Shown piece by piece: positions 39,664-51,400 of a stretch of DNA of 64,000 bases. The DNA comes from Promethearchaeota archaeon. GTDB lineage: Archaea; Asgardarchaeota; Heimdallarchaeia; Hodarchaeales; Hodarchaeaceae. The first letter of the stretch is position 1. Each line of letters opens with the position of its first letter. Location of the stretch: assembly GCA_048938105.1 (NCBI GenBank), contig JBHLMN010000012.1, forward strand, positions 64,001 through 128,000. The letters are read 5' to 3'. The translations under genes and the position numbers were made by a program. Below the pieces are notes generated by a model. That model ran no database searches. It was not told the origin of the DNA and was given only the letters and a program-made list of their open reading frames with translations.

Positions 39664-40830
39664 ATGAGAAAATTTAATTATCATCAACCTACTCGGATTC
39701 TTTTCGGTTGGCATCGTGTGAATGAAATTGGAAAAGTGATTTCACGTATTGGAAAAAAGTGTCTTCTTGTCACTGTTAAATCCTTTCCAGCCTTACAACC
39801 TGTATTTGACAAAGTAAAAAGATTGTGCATTGAAGCAGGAGTTGATGTGACTCATTTTGATGGTGTTATTCCCAATCCAGACATCTTTTGCATTAAATTA
39901 GGTTCTGAAATGGCTGTTGAAAATGAAATTGATGTTGTTTTAGGGGTAGGTGGTGGTTCAAGTATTGATACTGCTAAAGCTGTGGCTATTGGTGCCACTC
40001 ATGAAGGAGAAGTGTGGGATTACCGTCTAGGACAGAAAAGAGTGGTAAAGAATCAAGTTCTTCCAATTATAGCTGTCCCTACTACAGCAGGCACTGGATC
40101 TGAAGTCACACCAATGGCAGTAATAAAAAATCCTGATGAACACTTCAAGTCTGCACTTGCTGACTGGTCTCTAGCCCCAAGGGTTAGTATTGTTGATCCT
40201 GAACTTACCCTGACCCTTCCACCATATATTACTGCAGCAACAGGTTTTGACGTTTTTTGTCATGCATTTGAAAGTTTCTTGCATAAAAGAGCTTCAGATT
40301 ATGTCGACCTTCTCGCTTTAGAGGCAATAAGACTAGTGATTAATTATCTTCCAGTTGTTGTTAAAGAGGGTTCAAACAGAGAGGGAAGAGAGGCGATGTC
40401 ATGGGCAAGCACCTTTGGGGGGATTTGTATTACAAATGCGGGTACAACACTTGCCCATGGAATTGGTATGGCTATTGGAGGGCATGTTACAAATGTGATG
40501 CATGGAGAAGCACTAGCAGCCATATATCCAAAAGTTAACCATTGGACGTGGAAACATGCAAAATCAAAATATGCAACAGTAGGTAGAATATTTAATCCTG
40601 ATTTGAAAAATGAATCTGATGAAGTAGCAGCAGAAGAAGCATGCAATGAAATGGATATGTTTCTGAGAAAAATTGGTTTATGGATTAATTTGAGGGAGAT
40701 AAACGTGCTTGAAAATCAACTAAAAGCAATTGGGGATGATACAATGAAACTCAAAAACTATACTGTTCATCCTAAAGTCCCAACCATTGTAGAAATAAAC
40801 AATCTTATTTTAGCAAGCTACGATAAGTAA
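39664..40830 (+). CDS. Iron-containing alcohol dehydrogenase
   Basis: GGGSSIDTAK, PTTAGTGSE, DVFCHAFE, AHG, MHGE. Confidence 0.92.
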   Translation: MRKFNYHQPTRILFGWHRVNEIGKVISRIGKKCLLVTVKSFPALQPVFDKVKRLCIEAGVDVTHFDGVIPNPDIFCIKLGSEMAVENEIDVVLGVGGGSSIDTAKAVAIGATHEGEVWDYRLGQKRVVKNQVLPIIAVPTTAGTGSEVTPMAVIKNPDEHFKSALADWSLAPRVSIVDPELTLTLPPYITAATGFDVFCHAFESFLHKRASDYVDLLALEAIRLVINYLPVVVKEGSNREGREAMSWASTFGGICITNAGTTLAHGIGMAIGGHVTNVMHGEALAAIYPKVNHWTWKHAKSKYATVGRIFNPDLKNESDEVAAEEACNEMDMFLRKIGLWINLREINVLENQLKAIGDDTMKLKNYTVHPKVPTIVEINNLILASYDK

Positions 40831-41199
40831 ATCACGATAATTGTTAGATGAACAGGAGTTATCTACTATTTTCATTCACTCCTAATAACATTTGTTAAAA
40901 TTACTTGGTTTTCTTGTTATTCTTTCTTGTTACGCTTTCAATTCCTTTTTAATGAGTAAATAAACTTCAATACACTAATGGAGGGATGATCAGTACTTGT
41001 ACTTTTCTGGAGAATCTCCTCTATGAGTGATACTATTTCCTCCTTTAATCATTTTACGTAAATACATTGACTTATCCAGAATTGAACACTTTTACTCATT
41101 AAGACTGTGAAATTTTATTTTTAAAAATGGGATGGAGAAATAGAAGAGGGGAGAAGAAAAAAGTCGAAAATGATGTCTATTAGATAAAAACGAAGCATT

Positions 41200-42957
41200 T
41201 TAGGCGATATCTCGCGTCGGGATCCATTTTTTAGTCACAGCAATGAAGAATGCAATAACGACTGCTCCGAAAACGATTAATTTTGGAATTACTTTCTCAA
41301 AGGAAATGTCTTGTAGAAAAATTCCTGCCACATCAAAATAATAAAATGGGGTAAGGTAGAGTAACCATGACAAATCTTGATTCAGGATCCAAATCATTGG
41401 TATGAAGACTGCTATGAGAAAAACGCTAAGAAGTGCTACCAATAGGTATTTGGGACGGGGAATGGAAGCCAATGCCACGAAGAGAACGAGGAAAAGACTG
41501 TACCCAATTCCTAGAAAGATAAACGTTAACGCTGTTGCCCCCAAATCTGTTATCACGACATCTGTATATGTTCCAAGGAGAATTTGACTGACATAAAGAA
41601 TCACAAAATTAGCAAGCATAATTATCCATAAATACACGAGAGCTGCAATTGTTCTTTCTAAAATGATCCAGGTACGAGTTCGAGGCATTGACCAAGTGAT
41701 TTCGTCATATCCAGCATTCCTATCACGCATAATGATAGCATGGGTCATAATGAAGAGAAACGGACCGTAGTATATCCAATGGAATACCATGATTTTGTAG
41801 AGCAGAAATCCTTCGAGAGTCGGAGTCAAACTATGTCCAAACAGAAAAGCTGCTATAATAGGAGATTCAAATAATATATCTAAATCAGAAAGGATAACCG
41901 CCATCGCTGCATCTCCAGGATACACAATAACTACAATCGCTAGTAACATACTCGTTACGACTAAATAAATTAGGAATAATCCAGCTGAGGACTGGAGTTG
42001 ATCTCGAAAAGCAGGATAGTTCCAACCTGTTCTGGAAAGAATCGACTCAATAGGAGTTCGTACAAATTTTCGAACGAAGGAGAATTTGGCAATTATTTTC
42101 CGTATTCCAAGGTTATTTTCTCCTTCAACCATTTCTTGATAAGCTGACCGTGTTTTAATGTGATCTACTCGATATAAGAAGAAAATTGTCAAGACAATGA
42201 GAAGTATCACTAAAAGAAGGCATCTGAGGATGAATTCTTCATTCCATGTTCTATCTAAGGCGTGTTTAATAGCGCTAATTTGTGTCATCAGATTGATATC
42301 CTCCAGCTTAAAGTTGAAATCTTTCAACATATCGTCGATTTCTTGGTGTAGAAGATCCAAAGTAAATGAAACTATGAAGAAGATACCGCCAAAAGCATAT
42401 CCAGTTCGCGTAGACAATGAAATCGCACAACCTAAACTTGTTACCATTATTACAACGAATGTAAAAAAAAGTGGAAGAATAAATGCGATTGTAAAAGATG
42501 ACACACCACCTCCACCTGATAACAGTGATCCTACTCCTACGAGATATGCAGGTAACACAATAAGCGGAACTAATACAATAATAAGCGATAAATTCTCCAA
42601 AAAATATCTGAATGGTGATTTTTCCGTACTGAAAATGAGTTCTTTTCCATCTCGTTCATCCCATGGCAATATCCGAGTACCAAGAAAGATTCCCATCACA
42701 GGGTAGATGATGTTGGCGAATATAGAAAACAGTAATAGAAACCAGAAGAGTAGACCAGGATTGTCAACATCAGGTATCGATCCAATAAGAGCCTGAACGA
42801 CTGGTATTTCAAAAAAAGTTCCGAAGAAATCTGGGCCAGGGTAGATTATACCAATTACAGCCACGATTAGCACCAAGACCATAGCTGCTAATAAAGCGAC
42901 TGTCCTATACCTTTTCAAATCTAGCCAAAAGCGCCGAACTGTGAACTGAACTGTCAT
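41200..42957 (-). CDS. ABC-2 type exporter permease (duplicated membrane domains)
   Basis: ~12 TM in two repeats; downstream of the ABC ATPase. Confidence 0.8.
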   Translation of the reverse strand: MTVQFTVRRFWLDLKRYRTVALLAAMVLVLIVAVIGIIYPGPDFFGTFFEIPVVQALIGSIPDVDNPGLLFWFLLLFSIFANIIYPVMGIFLGTRILPWDERDGKELIFSTEKSPFRYFLENLSLIIVLVPLIVLPAYLVGVGSLLSGGGGVSSFTIAFILPLFFTFVVIMVTSLGCAISLSTRTGYAFGGIFFIVSFTLDLLHQEIDDMLKDFNFKLEDINLMTQISAIKHALDRTWNEEFILRCLLLVILLIVLTIFFLYRVDHIKTRSAYQEMVEGENNLGIRKIIAKFSFVRKFVRTPIESILSRTGWNYPAFRDQLQSSAGLFLIYLVVTSMLLAIVVIVYPGDAAMAVILSDLDILFESPIIAAFLFGHSLTPTLEGFLLYKIMVFHWIYYGPFLFIMTHAIIMRDRNAGYDEITWSMPRTRTWIILERTIAALVYLWIIMLANFVILYVSQILLGTYTDVVITDLGATALTFIFLGIGYSLFLVLFVALASIPRPKYLLVALLSVFLIAVFIPMIWILNQDLSWLLYLTPFYYFDVAGIFLQDISFEKVIPKLIVFGAVVIAFFIAVTKKWIPTRDIA

Positions 42958-42968
42958 CCTCTACTCAC

Positions 42969-43907
42969 CTACTTTTTACTTTCATAGAACTGCAGGAAGA
43001 ATTCTTCAAGGCTCGCAGGAGGATAGACGAGTTCTTCAGGATCCATAGCTAGTAGAGACCCAATGCTGTCTTTAATCGAATCTTCCATCCGAATTAACAA
43101 TCTCACGAAATTATCGTGTTTTCGAAACTCAAGAAGCCGATCACCAAATTCGGTTAGGCGGGATTCATCTGGATTTCGAAGACGTGCCTCCAAGATACGG
43201 GGAACATCCTTATTAAGATCCTCAATTTCCTCGATGCTAATTAGAAAGCCATCGTTAACTATCCCAACTCGATCACATACCCGTTGAACTTCTTCAAGAT
43301 TGTGAGAACTCATAAAGAGTGTTTTTCCTTCCTTCTTCGATTCTAAAAGGAGTTTAAAAACTACATGTTGGAGTAATGGATCTAATCCCGCTGTCGGTTC
43401 ATCCATGATTAATACGTCAGGATCATTCATAAAACCCGCGACAACACCAACTTTCTGTTTATTTCCTTTTGATAAAGCACCGATTTTCTTCCTGAGGTGT
43501 GAATTGAGATCGAATCGATCGATGATTTCTTGTCGTCGCATCGCTGACTTACCGCGCATTGCCTCTATGTAATTTAAGAATTCATTAACTGTGTAATATT
43601 CAGGTAAAGCTAATTCACCAGGGATATAACCTATCTTCTCACGTAACCTTGAATTTCCCCGCGTAACTAACTCCCCAGAAATCCTGATTTCTCCTTTTGT
43701 AGGTAAGAGTGTGTTCATCATGCAGCGTATAGTTGTCGTTTTCCCTGCTCCATTAGGACCAAGAAACCCAAATATTTCACCAGTTTGAACCTCGAGATCT
43801 AAATCCTCTATCCCGCGAGTAGAACCATAATATTTCGTTAAACCTTTAATTTCTATCTTTGTTTCTTGAGGCAATTCCTTCACCAACTTATAATGGAGAA
43901 ATAGCAT
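42969..43907 (-). CDS. ABC transporter ATP-binding protein
   Basis: GPNGAGKTT, LSKGNKQK, IMDEPT, SSH. Confidence 0.92.
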   Translation of the reverse strand: MLFLHYKLVKELPQETKIEIKGLTKYYGSTRGIEDLDLEVQTGEIFGFLGPNGAGKTTTIRCMMNTLLPTKGEIRISGELVTRGNSRLREKIGYIPGELALPEYYTVNEFLNYIEAMRGKSAMRRQEIIDRFDLNSHLRKKIGALSKGNKQKVGVVAGFMNDPDVLIMDEPTAGLDPLLQHVVFKLLLESKKEGKTLFMSSHNLEEVQRVCDRVGIVNDGFLISIEEIEDLNKDVPRILEARLRNPDESRLTEFGDRLLEFRKHDNFVRLLIRMEDSIKDSIGSLLAMDPEELVYPPASLEEFFLQFYESKK

Positions 43908-44506
43908 ATTCTATATTGTTTATTACTGAAAAAAATTCTATAAACATATTTAAAGCTAATTTTCTATAAAGAATATTTCCAATTATAGAACCAGAAATTA
44001 TTTCCAAAATTAAATAATTAACATATGATCATTCTTTGACTGGTATTTAAGAATTTCTTTGGGAACACTATAAAAATAAATAAGCAGAGAATTTTACAGA
44101 TAAAAAAGAGCTTTTTTTATTAAATGTCATTTAATCTGGGTCATATTTGATTTCTACCGCAATAATGACATATGACCAATGTTACATTAATGATTATCTA
44201 GCGTTTTATAAAAAACTTTCTTTAACCAACGTTATATGGTCAAAGAGGGTTATGTTAAAAACTATGTTCTGTCGCATAACTTTGATTTAACCTCAGGATA
44301 TCTCTAACAAGCTAATCTCAATTGAAAATAGATAAGTCTAATTTTTCGCTGTTCGATCTATGGCACGAGGCATTATCCCTGATAATCTACCTGATTAACA
44401 CGATGTAATCAAAAATTGTCATCCTTTAAAATCAAATATAAATATCTCAGTAAGGAGCGAATTTTAGAGTTCAATTTATTATAATGATAACAGTGGAAAG
44501 GACAAA

Positions 44507-45229
44507 ATGCAGAATGAATTAGATTTAAATGAAAGTTCAACGAAAAATAATGCAATTCGAATTATTGTTTCAGCCTTAGCTATTCTCTCTGGTTTTGCAG
44601 GGTTTGAACATGGATTTTTTGAATTTTTACAAGGGAATGTAGCCCCAGAAGGTTTTGTTATTTCCGCTATTGGTCCTAATCAAAGGTTTTGGTCATTGGG
44701 ACAAGAACCCGCATTTACATTAATCCCAAATTTCTTTATTACAGGTATTTTAGCTATGACCATTGGTATTTCAATAATTATTTGGGCGATTTTTTTTATT
44801 GATAAACGATTTGGAGCTCGCATACAATTTCTCCTCTCAATTTCTTTATTTCTCGTCGGAGGAGGTTTTGCTCCAATACCCCCTGCTCTACTTGCCTCAA
44901 TTATAGCTATTGAAATTGATAAACCATTAACTTGGTGGCAAGCGAATCTACCTGAAAAAATTCAACAAGTTTTTAGATTATTATGGCCTTGGGATGTCAT
45001 CTTATTTATTCTTTTATACTTAATCCCAATGTGGATTGCGGTTTTTGGAGTTCCTCTAATTTGGTTCTTTACAGAAGAAGTCACTGTTCAAATTAATACT
45101 AATTTGGGATTATTATGTGTTTTCTTTATTTTGATTTCCATTATATCTGCCATTTCTGTGGAAATCCAAAGAAAATCCAATAAGTACTCAGAGAAGCAAA
45201 TAGAGTACTTAAAGACGGAGGTAATATAG
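44507..45229 (+). CDS. Conserved-looking membrane protein
   Basis: Multiple TM helices; EHGFFE.LQG and EPAFTLIPNF motifs. Confidence 0.7.
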   Translation: MQNELDLNESSTKNNAIRIIVSALAILSGFAGFEHGFFEFLQGNVAPEGFVISAIGPNQRFWSLGQEPAFTLIPNFFITGILAMTIGISIIIWAIFFIDKRFGARIQFLLSISLFLVGGGFAPIPPALLASIIAIEIDKPLTWWQANLPEKIQQVFRLLWPWDVILFILLYLIPMWIAVFGVPLIWFFTEEVTVQINTNLGLLCVFFILISIISAISVEIQRKSNKYSEKQIEYLKTEVI

Positions 45230-45404
45230 GTTTAGATGCTATACCTCGATCAAAGAAAGATTATTATCTTGGGAGAGTCAAAAACTCTAAACCAGTAACA
45301 GAAAACCCATTTTTGGCAACATCATCCGACCTAACATACACTGAATTTTCCACAAAGGATAATCTCCAATTCTCTCGGGGGTATAATGTTCAGTAACCAA
45401 CGAA

Positions 45405-45866
45405 ATGGAGTTAAAAAAATTGATAGCAAGTACAAATGAAATAATTAGTGAACTATCATCAGCATCTGCCAAGATACTGCTACTGATAGGTTTAATCTTT
45501 ATTATTTTAAAAATTATTGATAAAAAATGGAATAATCAGCCCTGTCATGGATTCTATGTGAAAAGGAAAGTATTACTCTACCAATTACACATTAATGGTT
45601 GTAAATTCGCAATAATACTGTCATTTGTTCATGGTTTTACCTCGACACCCGTGAATCAATCGGATTGGATTACTGGGTGGATTTTAGGAATTATCATGCT
45701 AACATTATTAGGATTAGGCGCTATTCTTAGTATTAAGAATAAATCTAAACCTATGGATGCGGAAAAAGACTTAGAATGGAAAGTTATCAGATTTGTCAAA
45801 TGGGGTTTGACAGGTATCGGTTTTTTATTCCTTGTAGTACACACAACCAGCTTGATCTCTTTTTGA
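45405..45866 (+). CDS. Small membrane protein (ferric-reductase/cytochrome b-like His pattern)
   Basis: Four TM segments with LH...VH spacing and a C-terminal His. Confidence 0.5.
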   Translation: MELKKLIASTNEIISELSSASAKILLLIGLIFIILKIIDKKWNNQPCHGFYVKRKVLLYQLHINGCKFAIILSFVHGFTSTPVNQSDWITGWILGIIMLTLLGLGAILSIKNKSKPMDAEKDLEWKVIRFVKWGLTGIGFLFLVVHTTSLISF

Positions 45867-46009
45867 ATATTTAGGTGAATCATCCAATGAGTAAAGGATA
45901 TATTATTTTTCAGGCACTGGAAATTCTTTGGTTCAGTGCAGCAATTCCTGGCCCTAGTTGGGTTACAATGATTTCTTGCGGTAATGCAAGGCTTTCCCAT
46001 GATCCTAAA

Positions 46010-46843
46010 CTATATCTTTATTGAATAAAATATAGATTCTCCTATAATAAAAATTGTACTTAAAGTAATCACAATAGCAAGTAATAATTGTAAGAAATAG
46101 GGTCGTAGATTATATTGAGAAAGAACAGTTCCAAGAACTGATCCTATGAAGCCTAAAGCAAATACACATATTGCTGTAATTAGCTCTAGTTGATTAAACA
46201 TAATAAATTGTGTAGTTGTAGATAGTGCAGTAAATAGAACCATGAAACTTCCTGTTCCACATGCAATCCTAGGAGATAGTCCTAATTCACTTAACATCGG
46301 AACTTTAATTAAACCTCCACCGATTCCTACTATTGAAGAAATCATTCCTGCAGAAAAAGAGCCCCCTATGGCTATTATAGTTTTTTCTGAAGATAATTGA
46401 GAATTTATAAAACCATCAGTTTCTCCTTCTTCTACTTTTAATCCGTTTTTGATTTTTTGTGCCCTTTTAATAGATTCGATTGATAAAATGATCATTAGAA
46501 TAGTAAAGAAGAACAGAATGAGATATTCTGGGATATTGAGAAAAACTTGTACACCGACTAACGTACCAATGATTGTAAATGGCTCTAGTGTCAGAGCCAA
46601 TCGGTAGTTTATTGTATGATGTTCAATATTTACTAAAGTAGAGCCTAAACCCACTCCAAAAATTACTGCACTTGCAACAGGAATGGCTTGTGATATTGTT
46701 AATCTCCCTATCATCAATAAAATAGGAGTAAATAACCCTCCTCCTCCTATTCCGACTATTCCAGCTAATGCTGCAAAGATAAGTATTAATCCGCCAATTA
46801 GTACTTGAAATAACAGGTTTTCAGTCAAAAAGATCACTAACAT
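46010..46843 (-). CDS. TauE/SafE (TSUP) sulfite exporter family
   Basis: Two GIGGG..P repeats, 8 TM. Confidence 0.88.
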   Translation of the reverse strand: MLVIFLTENLLFQVLIGGLILIFAALAGIVGIGGGGLFTPILLMIGRLTISQAIPVASAVIFGVGLGSTLVNIEHHTINYRLALTLEPFTIIGTLVGVQVFLNIPEYLILFFFTILMIILSIESIKRAQKIKNGLKVEEGETDGFINSQLSSEKTIIAIGGSFSAGMISSIVGIGGGLIKVPMLSELGLSPRIACGTGSFMVLFTALSTTTQFIMFNQLELITAICVFALGFIGSVLGTVLSQYNLRPYFLQLLLAIVITLSTIFIIGESIFYSIKI

Positions 46844-47393
46844 CTTAATTTTGGAGATATCTTTTCCTAGATAGCTTTTTTTGGGGAATTAAACTATTAC
46901 ATTTCGTTTTTACCTTCTTCTAATGTGAATTTTAAGTTTTTTTATGAAAAATTCGCTTTTCTAAACTCTGATCTAATTAATTGTATTGAAGAGCGTTTAT
47001 TTTTCATGTTTACTTTTTCTATAGATATTTACTCGTAAAATAGTATTACAATGCCACAGGGTCAGATTATTCAAGGATATTTATTAACTGATAACGAAAA
47101 ACACATCCAAAGCCGATTTACTTGTTTTATATGCAATAAGCTTAGAAACTGATCGAAAACTCCAAGGGTGGTGGCTTAAGCGATAATTTCATTCTTCGAT
47201 TTTTTTTATCCCTATTTATCAATCCAGTTTTTGATTCTAGGATCAAAACAGAATAACCATTATTTATATATTCAAATCGAATATGATATTTATTGTTTCA
47301 ATAATTCACATCTTTAGAGGATGTTATATCTAGATTCTCATACGCGATGACATTTGAATGGATTCAAATTTTATTTGAGTGGAAATGACGTTT

Positions 47394-47539
47394 AACTAAC
47401 GATTTATTCCGAAAAAAAAAGTGATTTAAGAAATTAGATTTCATTAGAAAAAGAAAAACTCCTTAAACAGGCCTAATTCAAAAAAAACAGAATATAAGGT
47501 AATTCAGGAGTCTTTGAAATCCTAATTGGCCGAAACTTA
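47394..47539. repeat. Diverged direct-repeat copy of 52454-52603 (truncated gene 3' end plus downstream hairpin)
   Basis: AACTAACGATTTATTCCG...AGATTTCATTAGAAAAAGAAAAACTCCTTAAACAGGCCTAATTCAAAAA...GGAGTCTTTGAAAT...CGAAACTTA aligns by eye with 52454-52603. Confidence 0.85.
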
Positions 47540-47610
47540 TTGACATTCCTCAAAGCTAAACCATTATTAGTCACCATGAACAGTCATATAAAATTTAATT
47601 TTTATTATTT

Positions 47611-48384
47611 CTAAGAGTCTTTAATGGAAAAAAGAAAACGAAAAAATTTCCCGATATTTCTAGGATATGGAAAAAAGCTTGGAGTTTTATTGATATACTG
47701 TCGATGTGGTTCTCCGATTCTTTTAATTAACTCTTTATCTTCCATCTTTGCTCCGATAATGAAAGGAATGAAAGCTATTAATGCAATAATAATTGCTAAC
47801 AGATTATTTTTTAATAAAGCTAATCCTATAGCGAGAAACATGTCTCCAGTATACATAGGATGTCGAATGTAAGAATAGATATCAGAAGTGACAGAAGCTC
47901 CCTCCTCGGGGAATACCATATAGATCCCTAATCCATGGCCTATTTCATCAAAACCCGCTTTACGTAGATGCCACTCTAGTAAAAATCGCATTAGAATGAA
48001 AAATATTCCTATAACAAGGGCAACCCAAAAAGGTAGAAAAATTGGGCCCGTTAGTAAAAAAGCATGGAATATACAGGCATTCCCAGTGATAAGAACTGGA
48101 ATTACATAATGAAAAAAGAAGTTTCGATATGCTAACACCCCATATTTCTCTCGATAAGTTGTGGCCTTTGTTGCAAAACAGTAAAAATAGACGATACTGA
48201 TAAGCACCAAAATCAATTGACTAATTATAGCTCCATACCAACCGAAACTATCAAACCACAAGAATAGAATCAGAATTGTTATAAACACTAGTATTGAGAG
48301 AGAAATAATAAATCCCATTTTCAAAGGGTTTCTAAATTCTGGGACCTTCTCCTTCAATAAGTTAAATCCTGTTTTTTGAGACAT
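47611..48384 (-). CDS. Isoprenylcysteine carboxyl methyltransferase/PEMT-family membrane methyltransferase
   Basis: IYSYIRHPMYTG, EDKEL..RIG...QY...TP.FFP. Confidence 0.8.
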   Translation of the reverse strand: MSQKTGFNLLKEKVPEFRNPLKMGFIISLSILVFITILILFLWFDSFGWYGAIISQLILVLISIVYFYCFATKATTYREKYGVLAYRNFFFHYVIPVLITGNACIFHAFLLTGPIFLPFWVALVIGIFFILMRFLLEWHLRKAGFDEIGHGLGIYMVFPEEGASVTSDIYSYIRHPMYTGDMFLAIGLALLKNNLLAIIIALIAFIPFIIGAKMEDKELIKRIGEPHRQYINKTPSFFPYPRNIGKFFRFLFSIKDS

Positions 48385-48486
48385 TCATACCAATTCATAA
48401 TTATTTTATTCAAGATTTCTTCCAGTTTTTCAAGGTTCTAGGCTAGTTTGGGAGTAGTACTCGTTGTTGAACCATTGTTCTAATTA

Positions 48487-51400
48487 TTATTTCATCGGTC
48501 TGTGCTTTTGACCTGTTTTCTGTTTTTTCTTAACTAAGATCAATGGGAGGAGTACAATGACCCATAATACGATAATATCAATAAAGTACCAAGATGTAGT
48601 ATCAGCTGTACTACTCGTACTAGAAGTCGATTTGATTGTGGATGTACTCGGAATACTGGACGAGCTTTGTGGTACATAATCAGGATCGATAATTATGCCA
48701 TCATACGCATATACTCCCCGATCATCTCCTCCGATATTGCCAAGAGTGTCTTTAAACTCCACAAATACAAATTGTGGTCCTAAACCTGTGAGTGTGAACG
48801 GTATTATGCTTTGGAATGGCACCCATGAAACCCCCTCGAAAGAGGATGTTTGCGAGACTCGCATATGGCTAATATCTGTTTCATTGGTAATCAATGTTAA
48901 GGTTACTGTTGGATTGTTGGTATACTGATCCCCATTGTTGATAAACACGAATGCTGTTGGTCGGATAGTATCAATGTTAGGCATTGCACTCATAATGGGA
49001 CTAAACCCACTTTCCGCGCCTGCGGCATTTACAGCAACCATTCGATAGTAATAAATTTCGCCATTAGTTAAACCAGTGTCAATAAACTCTAGTGTACTAG
49101 CATCTATGGAATCGTTTATTAGTACAAAGGGCTTATTGATATTATCAGCGCGATAAAGCTTAAATTCGACTACTCCAGGTCGTGCTTGGAATCTGATTGT
49201 TATATTCTGGTTTCCAGGAATGGCTAGAAAGTTGGGTGGAACGAGTCGATCATCTTCAGTATAATAAGGATCTCGGACAGCATATATCTCGGAGAAGTCA
49301 CTTTCTCCTCCTCGATCCGTATCTGCACAGATTGGACTAGTTCCATGCACTAACTCATCAATATTTTCAAGTCCATCTAGATCTTGATCACCTTTTGCCC
49401 CATCGTCGCCTGAAGCGGTTTGGGTATTCATTCCATAACGTAATTCCCATCCATCTGGCAATCCATCCTTATCTTGATCATCGTCTGGGATCAGATGGAA
49501 AGCTCTACTTACCTCTCGAGTGAAATCCCCTACAATGGAGGAATGTCCTGTGGCTTGGATCTTCACGGTATATGTCCCTGGGTTCATCGTCCGGGTAAAC
49601 CAATTTCCATACACTCCATCATCAGGTAATCCATCTCCATGCTGGCCGTCATCATACAGTTTGAGATTCCACGACGCATAGTCTGTATAACTAGTACCTG
49701 TTCTAACCGTTGCTGAGACACTGGCACCACTAATCGGCGCCTTATCTGTAATTGTAGCTAGAATTGGAAATTCACACCCTGTCACTCTCAGAGTTGGTTC
49801 TTTCGGTGACCGACGATCTGGAAGCGGGAAATAGAGATTCATAGAGACAGGGCCCTCAACAGAAGCTTCAACAAAATATTCGATGCCTTCTGATCCCCCT
49901 TCAACAATTATTTTGTACTCTCCCGCAATTGGTTTGTCTAATATCCAGACATAATGTCCATAATAGTTTGTAGGTTCCTGTACACCTGTAGAAAATGTTG
50001 TTGATATATTTACCCCCTTGGGTGTCTGTAATACTACGGGTTGTCCAACGAAGGGGGTTTCTGCCTTGTAGTTTAAAATTACTGTAGCTTTTTTTGCTTG
50101 ATCGAGGTTAAATGATTCCTCTATATTCCAATTAGCTCCCTTAAGTTCTTTTAAGTTCGAATAGACTCGTTGTTCTTTTGTTGTCTGTTCTACTATAGAT
50201 CGATAGATATCTGCTAAATCAGAGGCTAGAGTGCCTGACGCAGGATCAAAAGCGAAATGAATTGATCCTCTGGTCATATATGCAAGTTCTTGTAAATCCG
50301 CGGCCTGGGTATCGATTCCTAATAAAATCGCGTGGACTTGAGTATAATTATTTGTAATTAAAGGGGCGACATCGGCTAAATATCGCGCGGCATTTTCTAC
50401 CCCGTCCGTCAGAATAATTATATGATCGTCTAGAAAAGTATTGTTACCATACAGAGCAATTTCATTTTGGGCATAATAGAGGCCATCTCCGATAGAAGTT
50501 GCTCCCCCTGGCGTGATACTATTGATTTGACTGATCAGATAATCTCGTGATTGTTCAACTGGTTTTAAATCGGCATGGAGAGTAGCATCATCATCAAAGC
50601 TCACTATACCGACTTGACATCGATTGTAAAACGAATTCACGAACAATCGAGCAGCTGCAAGAGCAGCATCAAGCTTTTCATTCCACATCATGCTTCCAGA
50701 CCGATCAATTACCAGCATATTATCTGGGGTTCGAATGTCATACGCAACTGCCTCTTCTTCTATGTCCATTGCGGTACCATATGTTACCGTGAGATCGTAA
50801 ACATTAAAGGAAGGTTGGACTGGAGCTTCTACTTCCAGATAATATAGTCCATAGACCTCTGTACAGCTTGTTACATTTGCATCCAATCCTCCTATTGTTA
50901 CCTGAACATCATCTTTATCAATATTGGGTACAGTGTGCCAATTGGAAATGACTTCTATAATTATCAATAGTTTTCCTGGATCATCAGGGGGTCCTACATA
51001 AGCCTCAAGATTGTCAAAACGGGATCGGGGTGTTTGGATGTCAATAGACAGGCCCTCTCCAATAGATGAGAACATATACTGATAGTTGACTGCATCAGGA
51101 TTTGTCTCCTCTAATGTTGAGACAATCAACACGAGCTCATCTCCAGGCTTCACCATAACAGTTTGAGAGAAATGTTTTGTACGTCTTTGCGTATAATGTC
51201 CTACTAGGTTGTTGTTGTTAATAATAAGTAGTTTAATGAATAGATCTTCGTCTGTAGTTTGGGTTACATCAACAAATATTGGAGAACGAGCTCCACGGAC
51301 AATTGGAACGACTCGATAATATTTAGGAGACCACGGGGTAGGAATCATATCAATATCTGATTCAGTCCCCCCATAGGGTAAGATCGTGTTAATTTCAAGC

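Noticed and set aside
46010-46843. TauE exporter as part of the sulfur-modification system
   Set aside because: Lies ~18 kb away among unrelated accessory genes; no evidence of linkage.
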